This document shows positions 56,609 through 64,000 of a stretch of 64,000 nucleotides of DNA, one piece after another. The position numbers and the translations under genes were made by a program. Positions within the stretch are counted from its first letter, which is position 1, and every line of letters begins with the position of its first letter. The notes below the pieces were generated by a model. It worked only from the letters and a program-made list of their open reading frames with translations, was not told the origin of the DNA and did no database searches. The stretch is from Candidatus Latescibacterota bacterium (GTDB lineage Bacteria > Latescibacterota > UBA2968): assembly GCA_965116885.1 (NCBI GenBank), contig OZ220741.1, forward strand, positions 2,400,001-2,464,000. Direction: 5' to 3'.

Positions 56609-57172
56609 TCAAGAAGTAATTGCCTGTTCCGATAGTTTGCCGACAAATTCATCGGACGGCAAAATTTCGACCTCATCAACAATTTGGCGTGATAAGACAC
56701 TTCTGAGGTTGCTGAGTAAATCAATTTTCAGATTATTAAAAAATATGGCATCCTGTGTCTCATTCATGCCGCTGACGACGAGCCAGAACTTGTACTTTTT
56801 TGTTCCCAGAAGATCTCTTGCGTCTTGGCATACCGCAGATAGACGACATAATACGAGCATTGATCCATAAGCTTTTAGTCGATTTTCCTGGCGGATGTAC
56901 CTATCGATAAATTGCTTTTGATCGGTGCTTTCGAGATAATGATATTCGTTTTGCAAATCCCTGTGCTGATCTATAAGCTTGGTTTCTTCGATCAAGATAA
57001 TAGTATCGTCCTGGCTGAGCATAAAATAATCACAGCAATTACAAGGACCTAAACCAACATCTTTTCGCATATCAGGTTGCGGTGCTTCGCCATCCATGCG
57101 ATATGCATGGTGGTCTTGAAGAGGTGTACCAGCGAGTTCAATCGGTTCCAGGAATTTTTCGAGGTCAATCAT
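56609..57172 (-). CDS. Hypothetical protein, possible PD-(D/E)xK-like nuclease partner of the ATPase
   Basis: CCDYF...IILIEETK. ATGA overlap with the ATPase stop. Confidence 0.55.
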   Translation of the reverse strand: MIDLEKFLEPIELAGTPLQDHHAYRMDGEAPQPDMRKDVGLGPCNCCDYFMLSQDDTIILIEETKLIDQHRDLQNEYHYLESTDQKQFIDRYIRQENRLKAYGSMLVLCRLSAVCQDARDLLGTKKYKFWLVVSGMNETQDAIFFNNLKIDLLSNLRSVLSRQIVDEVEILPSDEFVGKLSEQAITS

Positions 57173-58551
57173 ATCCCCTCGATGTACAGATCGGAGAACG
57201 GCTTGGTCAATTCGTGCATAATCTTTCCCATCTTCGTTTCAAAGTCCTCTTCGGTATTACTGTTCTTTACTGGAAATTGGTTGAGCGCAATGAGTTGCTC
57301 ATCGTCCGGGTTCTTCTTTACATGGACTTCCAGCCATTTGAGGATATCTACGCTGTGTGTGGCAATTACTACATTTACACCCTGACGGGACAATTCAAAG
57401 AGGCTTTCTGCCATGATGACTTGCCAGGCCGGATGCAAGTGTGCTTCTGGCTCGTCAATAAAGAGAAATGTCCCTTTATCCAGTACCTTGCGCTCAATCA
57501 GCAATGCCAGGATGCCGAGGTTGGCGATTCCCATAGCTGTGACAGGCAATGAGAAATTGCGACCATTTTCTTGGAAATACAAATTGCCTGTTTCAGAAAT
57601 TGCAATCTTTCCGTCCATGACACTTTTGCCGGTCAACTTTGCATATACATCCGGAAAGGCCATGTCTCCGGTGTATTCATACTTCAATGCTCCGACAAGA
57701 TCATAGAAATATCCCGGAACGCCGCTGAGTCGTTCTCTATCTCCGAAATGTACAGGGTGATCCCGTGCGTCTTCCAACACAGTTTTCAATTTCCAGTAAA
57801 TAGGTGATTCCAGATAGATTACTCTGGAGTATTGCTGCAAGTGCTCTATCAAGGAAATATGTGTCAGGCCTGCAAATCCCTCGTCCGATAGTTCGAATAA
57901 TCCAAACTCCCCAACTTCGACTTTTGATGGTGTTCCTTCTTCCCTTATGAGAGCAGAAATATTTGGCACTTGAAAGTTCTGAATTAAATTTTGTTCGCTT
58001 TGGTACCATATACTGGTTTCAATAAAATTTTCCGTATCCATGTGGCTAAGTTTCTCTTTTAACGCAGCCAATGAATTCATCAGGCTCTCCAAGTAGTATC
58101 TCTGTCCCCTTGCCATTTTTTTTTCGGGAAACTGTGGGATATCGGAGGCTATTTGCTCTATTTTTTTTATGTAGCTGATAAGCTCGGGAATAATTTCTTC
58201 TGAGAGAATTTCCTCATTATACAACGTTTCAATGGAAGCCGCCTTAATGAGAGCTTTTAATTTTTCAGCCTCATTTTTCATTCTAGATAACCGGGATATT
58301 GTAGCTTTATCAGAACGTGTCTCTCGATCTGGCCTCGTCATTATCATCAAGTCGCGATAAACAGGCCCAACCAGATTGTTTAGATGTGTCTCGACATGGT
58401 TTGCGTTCATTGCGTTAAAAAGTGAATACAGGAGTTTTGAAACAAAGCTCTTACCCGTATTATTTGGTCCTGCAAATACAGTGAACTGGCCGATGCTGAC
58501 TTCCGCATCTTCGAGTTTGCCGATGTTTTTGATTTTTACTTTGAAAGCCAT
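57169..58551 (-). CDS. ABC-type ATPase (AAA_15/AAA_21, OLD/AbiEii-like)
   Basis: IKNIG, GPNNTGKS, TAMG, FIDEPEAHLHP, IATHS; no TM segments. Confidence 0.88.
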   Translation of the reverse strand: MAFKVKIKNIGKLEDAEVSIGQFTVFAGPNNTGKSFVSKLLYSLFNAMNANHVETHLNNLVGPVYRDLMIMTRPDRETRSDKATISRLSRMKNEAEKLKALIKAASIETLYNEEILSEEIIPELISYIKKIEQIASDIPQFPEKKMARGQRYYLESLMNSLAALKEKLSHMDTENFIETSIWYQSEQNLIQNFQVPNISALIREEGTPSKVEVGEFGLFELSDEGFAGLTHISLIEHLQQYSRVIYLESPIYWKLKTVLEDARDHPVHFGDRERLSGVPGYFYDLVGALKYEYTGDMAFPDVYAKLTGKSVMDGKIAISETGNLYFQENGRNFSLPVTAMGIANLGILALLIERKVLDKGTFLFIDEPEAHLHPAWQVIMAESLFELSRQGVNVVIATHSVDILKWLEVHVKKNPDDEQLIALNQFPVKNSNTEEDFETKMGKIMHELTKPFSDLYIEGI

Positions 58552-58635
58552 GGCAGGTTTGATTGATAAGTTGGATATATGCTGTTTGTTCTGGGTATTG
58601 CCAGAATCCTATATTAAGATACATATCTCAGGATA

Positions 58636-58678
58636 AAAAGAAAAGCCCCGCTTTGACTATTGTTTTTTTGAGCGGGGC
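58636..58678 (-). terminator. Intrinsic terminator after the 58699-60273 gene
   Basis: GCCCCGCT/AGCGGGGC stem (long loop), followed by TTTTCTTTTT on the minus strand. Confidence 0.55.
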
Positions 58679-58698
58679 GTTCTGTATTTATCCGCAGG

Positions 58699-60273
58699 CT
58701 ATTGGCTGTCTGTCTGGGATCGGATCCCGCATTCTATGTGATCGACGATGATATCCTCTTTGATGTTCTCCGCAGATTTTGCGATGGTCAGCCCCAGGTG
58801 GTTGTCGCCATAAATAAATGGGGGGTTTGATAGAGGGATTGTACACGATGGGAATTGGTCGTTATCGGGCCAGGTCCATGTCAGATTTTGAGATGGGATT
58901 TTTGTGCCGTTGATGTCAACTGCGAGTGCGTCGTCTTTTGACAAGCCCTGGGCATAGAAGGTCAGGGTGTTTTCTGAAGAGATGGGTTCTGAGGGGAGAT
59001 GTTCACACAGGCGAAATCTGAAGGTGTCTCGTTGTCCCGTTTTTTGGCGGGAGAGGACGAGTTCTTCTTTGATATAGACCTCGCCCAGGCTTTTGCTATT
59101 TGCCCAGAGTGAACGGAATGTGTAGTGTCGGTCTGGGCCGATGCTTTGCGGGTCTTTTAATTCTACGAGGTCGTTCATCGCCGCTGGATACATTGCGGGG
59201 ATTTTTGCGCCACTATTTCCCGGGGGTTCAAACTGGGGTCCCCAGTGAAAGAAGTAATTCTGGGTCGAGAATCCGTCGGCACCTGCGGCATAGAAGTTTT
59301 GCAATGCGGCGCGGTATTGGGGCATGTCCATGAGAAATTCTGTATCGATACTGAGTCTGGGTTGTACCTGGGGATAGACATAGCAGTCGTGTTGCCGGGC
59401 TATTGATACAAAGTCTTCGTATTTTTCGTTGAAGTCGGTGAATCCAAAATCTCCAGGTGCGACATAGTTGATCAGGCCCTCTTGGATCCAGGTGGGGACG
59501 TCTAAGCTCAGCTTTTTACAGCCCGCCATTTGTTGGGGTACGCGAACGCCGAGGATGAGATTTCGGTCTCTACCTGTTGGGGAATGGGCGTTGTCCAACA
59601 TGTTGCGGACTTCTCGGATAAAGCCGGTCATGGTGCTGTGGCTGTGTGATAGTTCAGCTCTGGGAAAACATTCTGCCAGGCGGGTGAAGTTAAATTCCAT
59701 GCCGTCGATGTCGAAGCGGTTGGCGACTTCTTCCATGATGGCGAGGAGAAAGGCGCGTACTTCGGGTATGGCGTAGTTTAAGGAGCACCCGTATTTGAGG
59801 TTTTCGGGCGGTGCGCGTCTGGTGGAGGGTTTGTATTCTCTGAGTACCCATTCGGGTTTTTCGTCGCAGAGTTTTTTGAAGAATTCCGTGTGGTGGCCGT
59901 GGCGGTCGTTCATTCGAAAGCCAGCGATAAATTCCATGCCCTGCTTATGGCATTCGTCGATATAGATTTCGACGGGCATGACGCCCGTGTCCATGATGGG
60001 TACCAGGCGCTGGTGCTGGTGCCGGATGTCGTAAGGGCATTTGTCGGTTCGCCAGAACATGGTCATTGCTTCGGCGAAGATTTCCTGTACGAGGGTGTCG
60101 ATACTTCCCGCAGAGGCGTAATTGCGGACGATCTGACGCAGTTCTTCGGGTTTGGCCGCGGGGACGCTGAGGTGGCTGGTGGTGTTTGAAGGGTCGCTGA
60201 CGTAGATGAGACGGCGCGTGCCACGGGGTTGCAAGTGACCCAGGTATGGGGATGATGTTTGTGAAGTTGGCAT
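58699..60273 (-). CDS. GHL10-like glycoside hydrolase-related TIM-barrel protein
   Basis: FRMNDRH, LNYAIPEVR, DIDGMEFNFTR, LDVPTWI..G, GADG..NYF. Confidence 0.65.
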   Translation of the reverse strand: MPTSQTSSPYLGHLQPRGTRRLIYVSDPSNTTSHLSVPAAKPEELRQIVRNYASAGSIDTLVQEIFAEAMTMFWRTDKCPYDIRHQHQRLVPIMDTGVMPVEIYIDECHKQGMEFIAGFRMNDRHGHHTEFFKKLCDEKPEWVLREYKPSTRRAPPENLKYGCSLNYAIPEVRAFLLAIMEEVANRFDIDGMEFNFTRLAECFPRAELSHSHSTMTGFIREVRNMLDNAHSPTGRDRNLILGVRVPQQMAGCKKLSLDVPTWIQEGLINYVAPGDFGFTDFNEKYEDFVSIARQHDCYVYPQVQPRLSIDTEFLMDMPQYRAALQNFYAAGADGFSTQNYFFHWGPQFEPPGNSGAKIPAMYPAAMNDLVELKDPQSIGPDRHYTFRSLWANSKSLGEVYIKEELVLSRQKTGQRDTFRFRLCEHLPSEPISSENTLTFYAQGLSKDDALAVDINGTKIPSQNLTWTWPDNDQFPSCTIPLSNPPFIYGDNHLGLTIAKSAENIKEDIIVDHIECGIRSQTDSQ

Positions 60274-60294
60274 TTGGTCTGTCCTTGTTCGCGT

Positions 60295-60735
60295 TTATGG
60301 TGGGGCTGTCTGTTGCGGTTGCGCGCCATCCGGCAGGGGAGGAACGTCGATGCCTGCCTTCGGCAGGGTGCCAATCATTTCCTGCTGCGGGTGTGCTACA
60401 AAGCCCGCGGCACAGCAGTAGATCATTTTCAGAGGTACATCGCCCGTGTTGGTGAGTTGATGATATTCTCCCGGGGGAATGTACACGGCCTGACCGGCTT
60501 TCAGGGTTTGTCTTTCGGTGCCGAGGCACATTTCGCCTTCGCCTTCGATGACGAAGTAGATTTCTTCCTGTGCCTGATTGTGCCAGGGGACCTGCCCCCC
60601 GTTGGGTTCAAAGGTGACAAATCCTACGGAGAATTCTTCGGTGGGGATGGGGGTGCCAGCACCTGCAACAGGCTGTGTTCTTCTGCGTGCGGGAAATTGT
60701 CGGCCTTCAATCTCGCGCAGGTCTGAGATGATCAT
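60295..60735 (-). CDS. Cupin domain protein
   Basis: PWHNQAQEEIY..GEG, YIPPGEYHQLTNTG. GAGGAG RBS. Confidence 0.88.
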   Translation of the reverse strand: MIISDLREIEGRQFPARRRTQPVAGAGTPIPTEEFSVGFVTFEPNGGQVPWHNQAQEEIYFVIEGEGEMCLGTERQTLKAGQAVYIPPGEYHQLTNTGDVPLKMIYCCAAGFVAHPQQEMIGTLPKAGIDVPPLPDGAQPQQTAPP

Positions 60736-60822
60736 ATACTTACTCCTCGTCATTACACGACAAGTGGTTGGGCAGGGTTCGTCTATGAACTGGTCTGAGA
60801 AACGACCAGTTTTACACCGCTC

Positions 60823-60878
60823 CGTTGATTCGTCTATTCGTTGATTCGTCTATTCGTTGATTCGTCTATTCGTCTAAT
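60823..60878. repeat. Intergenic tandem repeat (CGTTGATTCGTCTATT)x3 + CGTCTAAT (seven related octamers)
   Basis: Read directly. The last octamer contains the stop codon of the DJ-1 gene. Confidence 0.9.
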
Positions 60879-61464
60879 CGGCGGCGACTATTTCGCGGGT
60901 TTTCATTCTTTCGCGTTCTTCGATGAGCAGGTTCATCCAGTGTTTCATATACTGCCCGTGGTCGTTCCACACGCGGCCGCTGACCAGATTGCCATCGATG
61001 ACGCACGGTTCATCGACAAAGATGCCGCCGCAGACTTCGAGGTCAAATCGGCATTTCCAAACGCAGGCCATGCGACGTCCTTTGACTACGCCTGCGCGAC
61101 ACGGGATTTCAACGCCGTGGCAGACGCTGGCAACGGGTTTGTTGTGTTCAAAGAAGTAGCGCGTGATGCGAATGAGGTCGGGGTTGTCGCGGATGTATTC
61201 GGGGGCGCGTCCGCCAGAGAAGAAGATGCCGACGTATTCGGAGGGGTCAATGTCTCGAAAAGCGATGTCGGCATTGATCGAATACCCTTTCCATTCTTCG
61301 GTGATGTCCCAGCCGGGGGAGATTTCGTGGAGTACCATTTGATAGCGCCGCTTGTCTGGACCGGCGACAACGGGGGTGAATCCGTCTTCCTGTATTCTGA
61401 GAAATGGGTATAGCGTATCGACGGTTTCGGTGGCGTCTCCAACGATGATGAGAACTTTGTCCAT
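60874..61464 (-). CDS. DJ-1/PfpI family protein
   Basis: GDATE, GGRAPEY, SVCHG, DGNLVS. Confidence 0.9.
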   Translation of the reverse strand: MDKVLIIVGDATETVDTLYPFLRIQEDGFTPVVAGPDKRRYQMVLHEISPGWDITEEWKGYSINADIAFRDIDPSEYVGIFFSGGRAPEYIRDNPDLIRITRYFFEHNKPVASVCHGVEIPCRAGVVKGRRMACVWKCRFDLEVCGGIFVDEPCVIDGNLVSGRVWNDHGQYMKHWMNLLIEERERMKTREIVAAD

Positions 61465-61596
61465 GATGGTCTCCTTTAATGTAAGGGTGTGTCCCATAGC
61501 TTACTTCCGACAATTGTTTTAGAACGGGAGAAATAATACGGGAATTCCCATTTGTAAATCTACTATGAGGTAATCAGGAGTCAAGAAATTTACAGT

Positions 61597-62091
61597 TTAT
61601 CCCTCCATTGCCCTTCGTATTTGGTCGGCAAGTGCTTCCATTTCATTTTCAGAAATATCCAAAATTCCTTCGCGCGGACTGATGGCCTTAGTCTGTTGTT
61701 TCTCATAGGGAACGCCAGGGGGCAACGGAGCTATATGCCAATGGACATGCGCGTTTCCCTGTTTACTTCCAAGAGATAGGATATACATCCGTTCCGTGCT
61801 GACGACTTTCTTGATGGCCTCTGAAATGTCGTATATGAGGGACTGGATTCTCAAATATTCGTCTTTTGTGAAGTCGCTCGTTACATGCTCTCTATGTCTG
61901 ATGGGAGACACCAGGACGTATCCGTAGAGCCGCGTGTATTTGTTCATGAATGCAACGGCAAAGTCGTCTTGATAGACAATGTGATGGGGGTTTTTACCCG
62001 CCAGCATTTCGCATATAAAGCAGGGTCCGTTTCTGGTGCGTTCTGTATATGCGTCAATGTCGTGATGTTTTAATTTTTTCACATTTTCCAT
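61597..62091 (-). CDS. HIT family protein
   Basis: CFIC, HVHWHI. Confidence 0.9.
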   Translation of the reverse strand: MENVKKLKHHDIDAYTERTRNGPCFICEMLAGKNPHHIVYQDDFAVAFMNKYTRLYGYVLVSPIRHREHVTSDFTKDEYLRIQSLIYDISEAIKKVVSTERMYILSLGSKQGNAHVHWHIAPLPPGVPYEKQQTKAISPREGILDISENEMEALADQIRRAMEG

Positions 62092-62120
62092 TGGTTGTCT
62101 TTCTGGTGGATTGTATTGTC

Positions 62121-62206
62121 AAAAAAATAAGCGACCAGGAGCATAAAGCCCAGGGTCGCTTAATATATAAGATAAACACAGTGCCTGCCAAATGGCAAGC
62201 ACTGTG
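62121..62206 (-). terminator. Two tandem hairpins/terminators downstream of ino1
   Basis: CACAGTGC..GCACTGTG (62177-62206) and TAAGCGACC..GGTCGCTTA (62128-62162), the latter followed by a T-run on the minus strand. Confidence 0.65.
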
Positions 62207-62219
62207 CGGGAGAGAGGTT

Positions 62220-63305
62220 TTACTCTTTTAAACCGTATTGGCGAATGAAATCACTCGTCATTTCGCGAGCTTGATCGTCGCTAAATTGTCTGGGTGGCGA
62301 TTTCATCAGGTAAGACGATGGTCCCATCAAGGGGCCTTTGAGGCCGTGGTTGAGGGCGAGTTTGCAGAGCCTGACTGCGTCGATGACCACGCCCGCTGAG
62401 TTCGGTGAGTCCCAGACTTCGAGTTTGAGTTCCAGATTGAGTGGCACGCCGCCAAAAGTTTCGCCTTCCATGCGGATATGGCACCATTTGCGGTCTTCCA
62501 GCCAGGGGATGTGATCGCTGGGACCAACGTGAATATTGTCTTCTCCCAGGTCGTAGTCGAGTTGAGAGGTGACGGCTTGTGTTTTGGAGATTTTTTTGGA
62601 TTCCAGGCGTTCGCGCTCGAGCATGTTGTAAAAGTCGGTGTTGCCGCCAAAATTGAGTTGATACGTTTTGGTGAGTTTGACGCCGCGTTCTCGGAACAGG
62701 CGGGTGAGCACGCGGTGGGTGATGGTGGCGCCGACCTGTGACTTGATGTCGTCTCCGATGAGGGGCAGGCCGCGTTTTTCAAAGCGCTCGGGCCAGTGTC
62801 CGGCACTGGCGATAAAGACGGGCATGCAGTTGATGAAGGCACATCCGGCCTGGAGGACCTGTTCCACATACCACTTGGTGGCCTGTTCGCTGCCCACGGG
62901 CAGGTAATTGACGACGACATCGGTGCGCGTGGCTTTGAGGACTTCGGCAATGTCAACGGTGTCGCCTTCGGCTTTTGTGATGACTTGATCGAGGTATTTG
63001 CCCAGGCCATCGTGGGTCATGCCGCGGTAAACGGGAACGTCGAGGTGGGGAACATCGGCAAATTTGATGGTGTTGTTGGGATGTGCAAAGATGGCTTCAC
63101 TCAAGTCTTTGTCCACTTTTTCTGCATTGACGTCAAAGGCAGCAGAAAATTCAATGTCGCGGATGTGATAGCCGCCCAGGTTGGGATGCATCAATCCGGG
63201 GATGAAATCATCTTCAGAAGCATTTTTGTAGTATTCGACGCCCTGTACAAGAGAGGATGCACAGTTGCCTACGCCGATGATGGCGACTCTGACTTTCGAG
63301 GACAT
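62220..63305 (-). CDS. ino1: myo-Inositol-1-phosphate synthase
   Basis: [47 protein letters not shown]. Confidence 0.95.
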   Translation of the reverse strand: MSSKVRVAIIGVGNCASSLVQGVEYYKNASEDDFIPGLMHPNLGGYHIRDIEFSAAFDVNAEKVDKDLSEAIFAHPNNTIKFADVPHLDVPVYRGMTHDGLGKYLDQVITKAEGDTVDIAEVLKATRTDVVVNYLPVGSEQATKWYVEQVLQAGCAFINCMPVFIASAGHWPERFEKRGLPLIGDDIKSQVGATITHRVLTRLFRERGVKLTKTYQLNFGGNTDFYNMLERERLESKKISKTQAVTSQLDYDLGEDNIHVGPSDHIPWLEDRKWCHIRMEGETFGGVPLNLELKLEVWDSPNSAGVVIDAVRLCKLALNHGLKGPLMGPSSYLMKSPPRQFSDDQAREMTSDFIRQYGLKE

Positions 63306-63401
63306 GTGTTTCTCCTTAAAGAGAAAGGTGTTTAAGGTATTGTCGGATAAAATGTCTGTGATTTTTTCTTATTAGACAAATCAATAATTGCTATATTATA
63401 T

Positions 63402-63416
63402 ATAGATAAAATCTAT
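63402..63416. promoter_or_regulatory. Putative LysR-type operator ATAGAT-AAA-ATCTAT (T-N11-A)
   Basis: Perfect dyad in the AT-rich spacer between the divergent ino1 and LysR genes. Confidence 0.6.
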
Positions 63417-63443
63417 GGAATGCATTTCGAATTGGAGCGAGAT

Positions 63444-64000
63444 ATGAATCTTTATCATTTGCGCTATTTTTTGTCTGTTGCCCAAACCGGGAGTTTTAGC
63501 CAGGCAGCCCGGGAGATGCATGTGACTCAGCCAACGGTGAGTAGTGGTGTTGCTGAATTGGAAAAAATGATGGGTGTGAGGCTTTTTAACCGGGGTGGCA
63601 AGCGCGTGGCGTTGACAATGGAAGGGCGTACGCTGGTGAATTATGCGATGCAGATTCAGGATCTGGTCGAAGAGGTAGAAGACCACTTGCAGCGGCGCGA
63701 TGTGTTGCCGGGGGAGGGGTTTCAGTTTGGCGCGATTGATGCGGCTGTGACGTATTTGTTGCCAGATATTTTGAAGGATTACAGGCGTGTTTATCCCGAT
63801 GTTTCTCTGTCTGCACAGGTGGCACCATCGCGCTATCTGGTGGATGATCTGCTGATGAATCGCTCTGAGTTTGCGGTTATTTCACTGCCTTATGATCATC
63901 CGCGCGTGGAGACGGTGTCGATTTATCGGGATTCTATGCCGCTGGTGGTGGGGGCATCTCATCCTTTTGCCGCGCGAGAAAGCGCGACTTTGCAAGAGGT
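63444..64000 (+). CDS. LysR-family transcriptional regulator, 3'-truncated by window edge (absent from ORF track)
   Basis: Manual translation MNLYHLRYFLSVAQTGSFSQAAREMHVTQPTVSSGVAELEKMMGVRLFNRGG. GGAG RBS. Confidence 0.93.
   Translation, partial: MNLYHLRYFLSVAQTGSFSQAAREMHVTQPTVSSGVAELEKMMGVRLFNRGGKRVALTMEGRTLVNYAMQIQDLVEEVEDHLQRRDVLPGEGFQFGAIDAAVTYLLPDILKDYRRVYPDVSLSAQVAPSRYLVDDLLMNRSEFAVISLPYDHPRVETVSIYRDSMPLVVGASHPFAARESATLQE

Noticed and set aside
49100..58551. Integrative element using the tRNA-like genes as att site, or a functional link between them and the ATPase cassette
   Set aside because: No integrase and no distal copy of the tRNA 3' end were seen, and seven unrelated genes lie between the two loci. 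Only speculation.
60823..60878. Possible CRISPR array
   Set aside because: Contiguous 8/16-bp units with no spacers, and no cas genes.

Overview
64-kb bacterial window with dense coding and no rRNA, CRISPR array or transposase. The gene content (TPR-GWxTD proteins, five PhyH-family dioxygenases, sulfatase, heparinase, DUF6785/6784, GHL10-like and CehA/McbA-like hydrolases) resembles Latescibacterota/Poribacteria-type lineages; this taxonomy is an inference. Four regions stand out. (1) 1-9453 is a partly AT-rich peptide export and maturation locus. It holds a GT4 glycosyltransferase, a 136-aa Gly/Ser-rich precursor with a double-glycine leader, a secreted M16 peptidase pair, a cNMP-cNMP-C39-ABC transporter, and an HlyD that appears fused in frame to a PpiC maturase. 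(2) 49100-49299 holds two tandem minus-strand CCA-ending tRNA-like RNAs. They have an 8/4 acceptor/T-stem fold and Ser-like identity features, but no canonical anticodon loop. (3) 50343-53682 is a solute-binding protein + output-less HAMP protein + OFA-type MFS operon. (4) 56609-58551 is an AT-rich ABC-type ATPase + putative nuclease pair that looks like a defence module. The rest is catabolic or housekeeping: PBP1A, an orphan murG, and ino1 with a divergent LysR gene. Family calls come from motifs read by eye, not from database searches. Several starts were moved to the codon preceded by an RBS.
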